From contig OY969706.1 in NCBI GenBank assembly GCA_963702095.1, forward strand, positions 352,001 to 416,000: 64,000 nt of DNA, in the 5' to 3' direction. The notes beneath the pieces are model-generated. The model searched no databases. It worked only from the letters and a program-made list of their open reading frames with translations, and was not told where the DNA came from. Numbering within the stretch: the first letter of the stretch is position 1; each line of letters begins with the position of its first letter. Below, in pieces: positions 1-9,009 of this stretch. A program made the translations under genes and the position numbers. The DNA comes from Candidatus Bathyarchaeota archaeon. Its GTDB lineage: Archaea; Thermoproteota; Bathyarchaeia; Bathyarchaeales; Bathycorpusculaceae.

Positions 1-176
1 CCTGAATGGTCAAGGTGTGCGTGGCTGACTATTGTTGCATCAAAGTTTTTTGGGTACTCATCGGTTGTTCCCTCTAGTTTTATGCCGTAGTCTAGGGCGA
101 TCTTGGATTGGTCAGTTGCAACTTCGATGCAGGAGCCGCCGACTTCTCTAGCAGCACCTAATACTCTTATTTTCAG
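1..176 (-). CDS. MBL-fold metallo-hydrolase (beta-CASP-like ribonuclease), N-terminal part, truncated by window edge
   Basis: Manual translation (L/M)KIRVLGAAREVGGSCIEV...DYG...SHAHLDHSG contains the HxHxDH motif; apparent CTG start after GGAG; not in ORF track. Confidence 0.8.
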   Translation of the reverse strand, partial: MKIRVLGAAREVGGSCIEVATDQSKIALDYGIKLEGTTDEYPKNFDATIVSHAHLDHS

Positions 177-430
177 GTTATTCCCTACTCCAGTAAAAGC
201 GGAACCAGCCACTTTCTTATCCCAAAGAGAATCCAACAAATATTAAGGTAATCTTCGCCTAAACCGCTATTTCAGGTAGTGAAATCTGCAAGCTGCTCCC
301 AGATGCAGCACTTAAGCCAACAAACAGCTTTTCACTCCTCAAAGCCGGCTGCCGCTTGCTTAAGACGACGGTGTGTTTCCAAAACCTATAAACGTTAACC
401 ATGAAATAAACTGCAATCGAGGCGAACAAT

Positions 431-1738
431 TTGGGTCTTCGAAGCTTCATAAGCGAACTCCAAACTAAAGGCGAATTAATCAAAATTGCCAAGCCTGTCT
501 CAGTCGAGTATGAGATGGCAGGCATCATCGCCGCGTTAGGCGAAAAACCGGTTTATTTTGAGAACGTGAAGGAATCCAGTGTGCCCGTCGTGGCGGGGTT
601 GGTTTCTTCGAAAGAGTTGATTTGCCGCAGCATGGGCATCCAAAAAGAGCAGTTGCTGCCCAAGTTGCTGGATGCCATCGAGCACCCCGTAGTTCCCGAA
701 ATGGTGACTAAAGCAGCATGCCAAGAAGTCGTTGAGAAAAATGTGGATTTGACCAAGCTCCCAATTATGCATTACACCAGCCAAGACGGAAGCAAATACA
801 TTGCTTCAGCGGTATCCATCATTAAAGATTCCGAGTTGGGCAGAAACATGTGTTTTCACCGTTTAATGCTCAAAGACAAGAATCATTTTGTTCCACGCAT
901 CGTTGAGCACAGAGGCACCTATAACGCGTTGGAGAAGGCTGGCGGCGAACTCGACATTGCCATATGCATTGGCAACTCCACTGCAACCCTGCTCTCAGCT
1001 GCAACCAGCTTAACACCAGGCGTCGACGAACTGAGCATGGCTAACGCGCTGGAAAAGACGGACTTGGTCAAATGCAAAACCGTCGACTTAGAAGTGCCCG
1101 CCGACGCCGAATACGTGCTTGAAGGCAGAATAACCAAAGAAAAAGTCGCCGAAGGCCCATTCCTCGACCTCACAGGAATCGTTGATCGCACCCGCCAGCA
1201 ACCAGTCCTCGAAATCAAATGCGCCACTCACCGCCAAAACCCCATCTACCAAACCATCTTGGCAGGCAGAAACGAGCACAAGTTCCTCATGGGCATGCCC
1301 AAGGAGCCGACCATCTTTAAAGAAGTCAGCAAAGTCTGCCAGTGCAAAGACGTCTACATTACACCGGGCGGATGCAGTTGGCTTCATGCTGTTGTCCAGA
1401 TTAAGAAGCAGGACGCCGAGGATGGAAAGAAAGCCATTGCAGCCGCGTTTAAAGGCCACGGTTCGCTGAAGCACTGCGTTGTCGTGGACGAGGACATTAA
1501 CATCTACGACCCCCAGGACGTGGAGTGGGCAATCGCCACGCGGTTCCAAGCCGACAAAAACCTCGTTGTCCTCTCTAATCAGCCTGGCAGCAGCCTTGAC
1601 CCCTCAGGCGACCTCTCAGAAGGCAAGAAAGCAACCACGGCCAAAGCCGGCTTAGACGCAACAATACCTGTATCAACGACGGGAAAGGGCTTCGGCAAGG
1701 CAGACTATATCAAAGTGGACCTAAACAAGTACCTCTAG
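431..1738 (+). CDS. UbiD-family decarboxylase, probable anhydromevalonate phosphate decarboxylase
   Basis: UbiD motifs (EGPF, VVVDEDI..DVEWAIATRFQ); directly upstream of AcnX subunits and near ipk/fni. Confidence 0.85.
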   Translation: MGLRSFISELQTKGELIKIAKPVSVEYEMAGIIAALGEKPVYFENVKESSVPVVAGLVSSKELICRSMGIQKEQLLPKLLDAIEHPVVPEMVTKAACQEVVEKNVDLTKLPIMHYTSQDGSKYIASAVSIIKDSELGRNMCFHRLMLKDKNHFVPRIVEHRGTYNALEKAGGELDIAICIGNSTATLLSAATSLTPGVDELSMANALEKTDLVKCKTVDLEVPADAEYVLEGRITKEKVAEGPFLDLTGIVDRTRQQPVLEIKCATHRQNPIYQTILAGRNEHKFLMGMPKEPTIFKEVSKVCQCKDVYITPGGCSWLHAVVQIKKQDAEDGKKAIAAAFKGHGSLKHCVVVDEDINIYDPQDVEWAIATRFQADKNLVVLSNQPGSSLDPSGDLSEGKKATTAKAGLDATIPVSTTGKGFGKADYIKVDLNKYL

Positions 1739-1740
1739 GG

Positions 1741-2946
1741 ATGGCTATGGAGTTAACACAGCAAGAACAAGCCATGCTCGGCGGCGCTGAAGGCTACGCT
1801 GTTCGCAAAAGCATGGAAATCCTCGTGGCTCTGGGCGAGATTTTCGGCGCTGAGAGCCTCATCGACGTCGGCAGCGTCCAAGTGGCGGGCGTGAGCTACC
1901 ACAACCTAGGCGACGCAGGCTTAGAGTTCCTTAACTCGCTGGCGGCAGACGGCAAAGTCAAAGTGCTGACCACCCTCAACCCCGCAGGCATGGACCTCGA
2001 AAACTGGCAGCAACTAGGCATCAGCCCAGACTTCGCAGACAAGCAAAACCAAGTTATAGACGCGTTTGAACGCATGGGCATCCTCATCAGCTGCACCTGC
2101 ACCCCCTACCTCATCGGCAACCTCCCCCTCTACGGCGAGCACGTTGCATGGTCAGAAAGCTCGGCGGTCACGTTTGCCAACTCGGTTTTGGGTGCCCGCA
2201 CCAACCGTGAGGGCGGACCTTCGGCGTTGGCGGCGGCGTTTGTAGGCAAAACCCCCTGCTACGGCTTGCACCTCGACGAAAACCGCGTCCCAGACATCCA
2301 CATCCAAGTTAAAGCAGAATTATCTAAGCTCTCGGACTGGGGTGCACTCGGCTACGCCATCGGCAAAAAAGCCGAAAATAAGATAGCCTACATCACAGGC
2401 ATCAAAACGGTGGAGCTCGATGAACTCAAAAGCTTCTGTGCATCAGTCGTAACCTACGGCGCTAAACCGCTCTTCTACATGAAAGGCGTCACGCCTGGAG
2501 CCGAAGCACAAAAGCAACCCCAAGAAACAGTAACCATCGAGCAGAGCGACATCCAAAACGCCTACGACAACATCAACGACGACGTAGAAGCCATCGACTT
2601 TGTCTGCGTCGGCTGCCCCCACTGTAGCATCAAAGAAATCCAAGAAATCGCAGGCTTAATCGAGGGCAAAAAGGTGAAAGAAGGCACAGAACTCTGGGTC
2701 GCAACCTCCCGAACAGCCAAGCAACTCGCAGACAAACGCGGCTACACCGCCGCTATTGAGGCTGCGGGCGGCAAATTCGCATGCGACACCTGCATGGCCG
2801 TAGCGCCATTAAAAGGCAGGTTTAAGGCTTTGGCGACGACGTCGGCGAAGGGATGCTTCTACAGCCGGCAGAACCTGATGAAAACCAAGATGGGCAGCAT
2901 GAAGGAATGCGTTGAAGCAGCGGTGACTGGAAAATGGAACAACTAA
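1741..2946 (+). CDS. Aconitase X large subunit (DUF521), probable phosphomevalonate dehydratase large subunit
   Basis: TCTPY, WSESSA, GARTNRE and GCPH motifs of AcnX; operon context. Confidence 0.9.
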   Translation: MAMELTQQEQAMLGGAEGYAVRKSMEILVALGEIFGAESLIDVGSVQVAGVSYHNLGDAGLEFLNSLAADGKVKVLTTLNPAGMDLENWQQLGISPDFADKQNQVIDAFERMGILISCTCTPYLIGNLPLYGEHVAWSESSAVTFANSVLGARTNREGGPSALAAAFVGKTPCYGLHLDENRVPDIHIQVKAELSKLSDWGALGYAIGKKAENKIAYITGIKTVELDELKSFCASVVTYGAKPLFYMKGVTPGAEAQKQPQETVTIEQSDIQNAYDNINDDVEAIDFVCVGCPHCSIKEIQEIAGLIEGKKVKEGTELWVATSRTAKQLADKRGYTAAIEAAGGKFACDTCMAVAPLKGRFKALATTSAKGCFYSRQNLMKTKMGSMKECVEAAVTGKWNN

Positions 2947-3320
2947 AAGGCAGAATAATCTACAAAGGCAAAGCAGAAGGCGAAGCACTCGTCACAACCA
3001 TGCCAATCAGCTTCTATGGCGGCGTAGACCCCAACACAGGCGTCGTCATCGAAAAAGGCCACGAACTCATCGGGCAAAGCATCAAAGGCAAGGTGCTGGT
3101 GTTCCCACAGGGCAAAGGCAGCACAGTCGGAAGCTACACACTCTACCGCCTAAAAAAGAACGGCGCAGCCCCAGCAGCCATGATTAACCGCGAAACAGAG
3201 ACCATCGTCGCAGTCGGCGCAATCATCAGCGAAATCCCCTTCGTAGATAAAATCGACGTAACCAAGTTCAAGACTGGCGACATCATCAAAATAGAAAACG
3301 ACAGTGTCTCGATTAGTTAA
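2934..3320 (+). CDS. Aconitase X swivel subunit (DUF126), probable phosphomevalonate dehydratase small subunit
   Basis: ISFYGGVDP..G and GKGSTVGSY motifs; overlaps the large-subunit stop. Confidence 0.9.
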   Translation: MEQLKGRIIYKGKAEGEALVTTMPISFYGGVDPNTGVVIEKGHELIGQSIKGKVLVFPQGKGSTVGSYTLYRLKKNGAAPAAMINRETETIVAVGAIISEIPFVDKIDVTKFKTGDIIKIENDSVSIS

Positions 3321-4558
3321 TTAGCGCCCTCTGTAGAGGGAATCACTTCTTTACTTTTGGTTGGGGTTTTTAAGGGTAGTTTGTTTTTGATTGGCAGTGC
3401 TTTTCTTGCTTTAGACCTGTGCAAGTAAATTGTTACCAGAATAATTGATAAAACAATAGTTATAGCCACAATAGCCAGATATGTATAGATCAAGGGATTT
3501 GTTTCTGGTATTGGATTAGCCTGTGGGTAAATTGGCGATGGCGAGGGTGACAGAGGCGTTGTGCCGTACCCAATCGGAGTGTACACTTCAACACTGCTAC
3601 CATTTACGGCAAAATAATATATTTTATCGTCTAATACCGTGCTGGAGTAACCTGAAGTTGAAGTCGAAAGGGGTTCTGCGGTGCTCCAAGAATCATTTGC
3701 GGGGTCGTAGACATAGTTGAAAGCTGGGGTTGGCGGATAGTTTCCTGCTGCCCCGATATAGTAGATTCTCTGAGGAGCAAAACGCCCTGTTGTTGCACAT
3801 GCGAATGTAAGATGAGAGGCTTGAGTATTTGTAAGAGGTGGGTTGGTGCCAGATAGCCAAGTATCGGTTTTGGTATCGTAAATTATCATGCAAGGGGGCG
3901 AATTATACATTGGCGATGTAAAGCAATAAATTCGGTCGTTGACTACAACCGTTTGGTCTATACGTGTATCCTGTGTTTCTTCTGAGAGATACCATATTGG
4001 AAGCTCAGTTTTGGCTGTCCAACTGTTAGAAGACGGGTTAAACTCTCCGAGGCGTCCGCTTCTTCCATCCAAAAGATAGATTTTTCCATCCACGACATTG
4101 GCGATTGGGTAATCTTCAATGTCATAGTCTGTAGAGGTACCGTTTCTCCATGAGTCATCCGAAATGCTGTAAATTCTCATGAAAGTGAAGTGTAATTTTC
4201 GCCAGACGCTTTCAGCCCCACCTATTACGTAGATTTCGTTTTGCAGGGTCACTGCTGTATAAGCGAGGTTATCCCCTTTTCGTTCACATTTAAACGGTAT
4301 TTTTAACGGTGCTTTTTCGGTGCGAGTGCCAGTTGATGGGTCGTAGCAGAAAAAGCCATTTCGAAAAACGTAGATTTTGCCGTCTGCAGCAACTGTGCCA
4401 TAAACGTCGGCCAGTGATGTTTTTGGTATTTTGAGTTCCCATGTGTTCTCTGACTGTGCAGAGGCGTCCCTTGGAAGGGTAGCAATCAAGGTTAAACTTA
4501 TCAGTGCAAGCATGAAAACGGCAAAAGGTGATGGCTTGTGTCTACTTGTGTGATGCAT
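3317..4558 (-). CDS. Secreted, membrane-anchored Kelch-repeat protein
   Basis: Signal peptide, repeated 'IYVIGG/YDP..DSW' Kelch blades, Pro-rich linker, C-terminal TM helix and basic tail. Confidence 0.8.
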   Translation of the reverse strand: MHHTSRHKPSPFAVFMLALISLTLIATLPRDASAQSENTWELKIPKTSLADVYGTVAADGKIYVFRNGFFCYDPSTGTRTEKAPLKIPFKCERKGDNLAYTAVTLQNEIYVIGGAESVWRKLHFTFMRIYSISDDSWRNGTSTDYDIEDYPIANVVDGKIYLLDGRSGRLGEFNPSSNSWTAKTELPIWYLSEETQDTRIDQTVVVNDRIYCFTSPMYNSPPCMIIYDTKTDTWLSGTNPPLTNTQASHLTFACATTGRFAPQRIYYIGAAGNYPPTPAFNYVYDPANDSWSTAEPLSTSTSGYSSTVLDDKIYYFAVNGSSVEVYTPIGYGTTPLSPSPSPIYPQANPIPETNPLIYTYLAIVAITIVLSIILVTIYLHRSKARKALPIKNKLPLKTPTKSKEVIPSTEGAN

Positions 4559-5033
4559 CGATTTATTGGCTAATCGACTTGGCCCTTATGTAATTTACGG
4601 AAAACGTTTCTGAACTCAGCTATATCAGGGTTGTACGGGATTGATTATTGTTAGGTTGTTGGTTTGAAGTTTTTTAAAGTGCTTATCTGTAGTGTAGATG
4701 GTTGGGGTAGATTCTGGGGCTTATGCAGGCATTCGTTTTCTTTAGTCAGATTGTTTTTATGGTTGCAGTGCTACTTCGAGTGGTGTATCACCCTCTCGAG
4801 CCATGTTAGTACCTGAACCGCACTGGACACATATCGACTGCCACGCAATGTGCACCTGTGGTGCGTTTTCCGCCAACATATTAGGATCCAAATATCAAAC
4901 CTATGCAGAAACCAGCAGAGGGAGGGTAGCGTCTCGGTGAAACCGTGCGTTTTACGCAATTCAACTGATGAAAGATTCTGAATAGAGTTGGCAGAGCAAC
5001 AGAACTCCGCTTAACATACCATGCCATGACTTT

Positions 5034-5774
5034 CTACACGGGATATTTGCTGTAGAAGCGGTAGATGCTCCGTGTGTGTTCGTTGGCTTTGCGCCGCAAC
5101 GTAAACAATGACAACCCAATCAAGAGGAAGACAGCGCCTAATCCCATCACGCCGACGACAGCCAACAACGCAACCAGCCTAATAGTGTTGAAGTAACTGG
5201 GCAACGAGTTTAGCAAGTCGGTTACGGAGCCCCGAAGGTTGGCAAGGGAGGTTTTTACGTTGTCAAGCTGGATACTTATGGTTTGCAGTCTGCCCGGCAA
5301 ATCCGATACCTGCTGCCCAATCGAACCTATGCGTGAAGACACGTTTTGAAGTTGGTCTGCGGCTCCAGCAATGGGTTGCCCAATCGACGCCAAAGAGTTC
5401 CCCACATCAGTAAAAGGCGACACACCAGCAACTGAGATAGAAGACAGCGTTTGCCCGACACTTGCCACTGTGGAGCTGATTGCGGAAAGGTTGGCTGCGA
5501 TGCTGCTGGTTAGTTGGGTGGTTTGGGATAAATCTGGTAGGCTGATGTCGGAGGCTGAACTGAGGTAAAACATTGTCACCTGGGTGGAGTTTATGGCGTT
5601 TTGAGCGCTTGAAAGGGCGTTGTTGGCTTGTTCTAAGTACCCTTGGACTTGGGTTTGAAGGTTATCGAGGGTTGAATTTATGATGGGTAAAGCGATTGCT
5701 CCGCCAACGATTATGCCTACACCCAAAACGATGCAGATGATGCTTGTGAGTAGGGCGATTTCTAAGTCAGCCAT
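5034..5774 (-). CDS. Membrane protein with two TM helices flanking a long Ser/Gln-rich coiled coil
   Basis: ORF 5034..5948; probable start ATG at 5774 (MADLEI) because the upstream extension runs over a non-coding repeat. Confidence 0.65.
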   Translation of the reverse strand: MADLEIALLTSIICIVLGVGIIVGGAIALPIINSTLDNLQTQVQGYLEQANNALSSAQNAINSTQVTMFYLSSASDISLPDLSQTTQLTSSIAANLSAISSTVASVGQTLSSISVAGVSPFTDVGNSLASIGQPIAGAADQLQNVSSRIGSIGQQVSDLPGRLQTISIQLDNVKTSLANLRGSVTDLLNSLPSYFNTIRLVALLAVVGVMGLGAVFLLIGLSLFTLRRKANEHTRSIYRFYSKYPV

Positions 5775-5849
5775 AAAAAACGTCTCCTCAACCGCAGATT
5801 CAGAGGGAATGATTATTCTATTCTTTTGTTGGGATTTGAACTTTTGTTT

Positions 5850-5975
5850 GCTCGCAAAAACGCCGACGGCTAAGCCGGCAACCCCCAAAATGTGCATAAC
5901 ACAAAAGACGCATCCACAAATAAAACCGACCCGCCAATAACCATACAAGTCGGCAAAGGCAGAACAACTGCAACG
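5850..5975 (-). repeat. Dispersed intergenic repeat family B, diverged inverted copy
   Basis: Reverse complement TTTTGTGTTATGCACATTTTGGGGGTTGCCGGCT resembles TTTTGTGTTCTGCAAAGGATTTGGGTTGCTGGCT at about 16985-17018. Confidence 0.45.
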
Positions 5976-6021
5976 TTAAATTACCAGAAAGTAAATACAC
6001 ATACATAGGTCACGATTTACG

Positions 6022-6816
6022 ATGAACCCAATCATACTAAAAATCGGCGGCTCCGCCATCACAGACAAAACAGGAGAATTAGCCGCAAAAACAGAGATCA
6101 TCAACCGCCTGGCAGAAGAAATCAAACGCGCCGACCTCGACAACCTCATCATAGTCCACGGCGGCGGCAGCTTCGGCCACCCCACAGCCGCGAAATACGG
6201 CATAAAAGACGGCTACAAAGAAGACCCCGCACAGAAACTGGGCTTCGCCGAAACCCACCACGTCATGACCGTTCTAAACGGCCTAGTTATGGACGCATTG
6301 ATTTGGCATGAGATTCCAGCCGTCAGCATCGCACCCTCAAGCTGCTTCGTAACCGAAAACGGCAAAGTCAAATTCTTCGATGAAACCGTTATGAAAGCCT
6401 ACCAGAAAATGAAATTCACACCTGTCATGTATGGCGATGCGGTTCTCGACGAAAAAATGGGTTTCACCGTTCTCTCAGGCGACCAACTTGTCTCTTACTT
6501 AGCCATAAAATATAACGCCCAAAAAATCGTTGTAGGCACCGACACAGACGGATTGTTCGACTCTGACCCCAAAACTAACCCAAACGCCAAACCCTTCAAA
6601 AAACTCAACCTAAAAGAACTCAAAGACTTGCAGCCTAAACTTGGCAAAGCTCAAGGCACCGACGTCACTGGCGGCATGGCGGGAAAAATCGCTGAGTTAA
6701 TCCCAGCCGTCGAAGCAGGGGTACGTGTAACCATCACGGGCGCCACAAAAGGGTTATCTATCTACAGAGCCTTAACAGACCAGAGTGTGTTAGGCACTGA
6801 AATAGAGAAGGCGTAA
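6022..6816 (+). CDS. ipk: Isopentenyl phosphate kinase
   Basis: ILKIGGSAITDK, HGGGSFGH, SGD and DVTGGM..K motifs; adjacent to fni. Confidence 0.92.
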   Translation: MNPIILKIGGSAITDKTGELAAKTEIINRLAEEIKRADLDNLIIVHGGGSFGHPTAAKYGIKDGYKEDPAQKLGFAETHHVMTVLNGLVMDALIWHEIPAVSIAPSSCFVTENGKVKFFDETVMKAYQKMKFTPVMYGDAVLDEKMGFTVLSGDQLVSYLAIKYNAQKIVVGTDTDGLFDSDPKTNPNAKPFKKLNLKELKDLQPKLGKAQGTDVTGGMAGKIAELIPAVEAGVRVTITGATKGLSIYRALTDQSVLGTEIEKA

Positions 6817-6817
6817 A

Positions 6818-7921
6818 ATGGCTGAGGAAACGGGCAAACGCAAAGTAGACCATATTCGTATCTGTTTGGATGAGAAAGCGCAGGCTAATAAGGCTACTTC
6901 TGGCTTCGAAGACATCCAGCTAGTTCATCGTGCCTTGCCCGAAATCGATAAAGCCAAAATCAACCTGTCAACCACTTTTCTAGGCAAAAAATTCAGCGCC
7001 CCCATCATCGTCGGAGCCATGACAGGCGGCACCCAACAAGCCATCAAAATCAACACCTCTATCGCCGAAGCAGTCGAAAAACTCGGCTTAGGCATGGGGT
7101 TAGGCAGCCAGAGAGCAGCAATCGAAGATAGCGCTCTTGAGAAAACTTACCGTGTCGCACGCGAAAAGGCACCTCACGCATTCTTAATCGCCAACGTCGG
7201 AGGTGTGCAGCTTGTTCACGGTTACGGTGTAAAAGAAGTCAAAAAGATTGTTGAAATGATCGATGCAGACGCAGTCGCAGTCCACCTAAACGCCCTCCAA
7301 GAGGCAGTGCAGCCGGAGGGACAAACCAACTTCAAAGGGGTCTTATCCAAAATCGCCGAAATCACCGCGGCAATCGATGTGCCTGTCATCGTTAAAGAAA
7401 CCGGCGCAGGCATTTCCGCAGAAGACGCCAAAGCATTGACGAAGATAGGCGTGAAAGCCATCGACATCGGCGGCGTAGGCGGAACCAGTTTCGCAGCAGT
7501 CGAATACTACCGTTCAACCCCTAAAAGCGGCGGCGTACAACACTTTTTGGGCGAGGCACTCTGGGACTGGGGTATACCCACCGCAGTCAGCCTCATCGAA
7601 ACCGCCCAAACCGTCAAAGTACCCCTCATAGCATCAGGGGGCGTACGCAGCGGTACCGACATAGCTAAAGCCCTCGCATTAAACGCTAACTTAGCCAGCA
7701 TCGTGCAGCCTATCCTCCAAACCGCCGTAAAAGGCACAGAAGAAACCGAGCAGAAACTGCGGTGCCTCATCGAGGAACTCCGCAACGTAATGTTTTTAGT
7801 CGGCGTAGAAAAAATAAGCGACCTCGGCAAAACACCTGTAGTGATTACAGGCAAAACCGCCGAGTGGCTAATTGCCCGAGGCTTTGACCTCCAAAAATAC
7901 GCCAAAAGAGGAAGCAACTAA
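6818..7921 (+). CDS. fni: Type 2 isopentenyl-diphosphate delta-isomerase
   Basis: RK.DHI, AMTGG, GSQR, HLN.LQE..QPEG, KETGAG and GGTS motifs. Confidence 0.95.
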   Translation: MAEETGKRKVDHIRICLDEKAQANKATSGFEDIQLVHRALPEIDKAKINLSTTFLGKKFSAPIIVGAMTGGTQQAIKINTSIAEAVEKLGLGMGLGSQRAAIEDSALEKTYRVAREKAPHAFLIANVGGVQLVHGYGVKEVKKIVEMIDADAVAVHLNALQEAVQPEGQTNFKGVLSKIAEITAAIDVPVIVKETGAGISAEDAKALTKIGVKAIDIGGVGGTSFAAVEYYRSTPKSGGVQHFLGEALWDWGIPTAVSLIETAQTVKVPLIASGGVRSGTDIAKALALNANLASIVQPILQTAVKGTEETEQKLRCLIEELRNVMFLVGVEKISDLGKTPVVITGKTAEWLIARGFDLQKYAKRGSN

Positions 7922-7922
7922 C

Positions 7923-8993
7923 ATGGACATCGCCAAATTCCTAGAACAAACAGCCCCTCAAGTGGACAAAGCAATCGAAAGATACATTCCAAGAAAATTC
8001 ACCGAAAACTCCGTTCTCTTCAAAATTAACCCTCCAGCCTACAGCTACAACCTTGAACCCCTCAACAAAGCCATAGCCGACCCCATCTGGGACATGCTGG
8101 ATCGAGGCGGCAAACGCTGGCGTCCCGCACTGTTTTTGCTCATCTGCGAAGCCTTGGGTAAAGAAGCGGATTACTGCTTGGAATTCTCAATTATCCCCGA
8201 AGTTATTCACAATGGCACCCTGGTAGTAGACGACATCGAAGATTCCAGTGAGATGCGCCGTGGCAAACCATGTAGCTACAAAATCTTCGGACTTGACATA
8301 TCGGTAAACGCTGGCAACGCCATGTACTACCTTCCATTGTTGCCGCTGATGGCAAACCGAGACAAACTCTCCGCTGAAGCACAGCGGGATGTTTATGAGA
8401 TTTATGTGCAGGAACTAATTAACCTCAGCATGGGACAAGCCATGGATATTGCTTGGCACCGAGGCATAGCCAACGCCGGCAAGCTAAGCGAGCAGGATTA
8501 CCTGCAAATGTGCGCCTACAAAACGGGCACGCTGGCACGTATGTCCGCGAAGATGGCGGCAGTGCTCGGTGGCGCCGAACCCAAACTCGTCGAGAAACTG
8601 GGGCGTTTAGCTGAATCCATCGGCGTCGCTTTCCAGATGCAAGATGACATTTTGGATTTAACAGGAGAAGAATTTGCCAAGGGCAAAGGCTGTGTCGGGG
8701 GAGATATAAGCGAAGGCAAACGCTCCTTAATGGTAATTTACACACTCCAAAAAGCCGCCGCCGCAGACAAAAAACGCCTCACTGAAATCCTGGGTATGCA
8801 CACTACTGACCAGAACCTGCGCAACGAAGCCATCGCCATCATGCAGAAATACGGCGCAATGACCCACGTCAAACACGTCGCAGAACAAATGGTTCAAGAC
8901 AGCTGGAACGAGGTAGATAAGCTATTGCCCACGCCTCAAGCTAAGGAAAAATTAAAAGAGTTCGCCGAATTCTTGATAACCCGCAACAAATAA
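7923..8993 (+). CDS. Polyprenyl (geranylgeranyl) diphosphate synthase
   Basis: GGKRWRP, DDIED..RRG (FARM), KT and QDDILD (SARM); probable start ATG 7923. Confidence 0.92.
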   Translation: MDIAKFLEQTAPQVDKAIERYIPRKFTENSVLFKINPPAYSYNLEPLNKAIADPIWDMLDRGGKRWRPALFLLICEALGKEADYCLEFSIIPEVIHNGTLVVDDIEDSSEMRRGKPCSYKIFGLDISVNAGNAMYYLPLLPLMANRDKLSAEAQRDVYEIYVQELINLSMGQAMDIAWHRGIANAGKLSEQDYLQMCAYKTGTLARMSAKMAAVLGGAEPKLVEKLGRLAESIGVAFQMQDDILDLTGEEFAKGKGCVGGDISEGKRSLMVIYTLQKAAAADKKRLTEILGMHTTDQNLRNEAIAIMQKYGAMTHVKHVAEQMVQDSWNEVDKLLPTPQAKEKLKEFAEFLITRNK

Positions 8994-9009
8994 CGGCAGG
9001 CGTATCTGA

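Noticed and set aside
5775-5948. N-terminal extension of ORF 5034..5948
   Set aside because: Overlaps repeat family B; ATG 5774 is the more plausible start.
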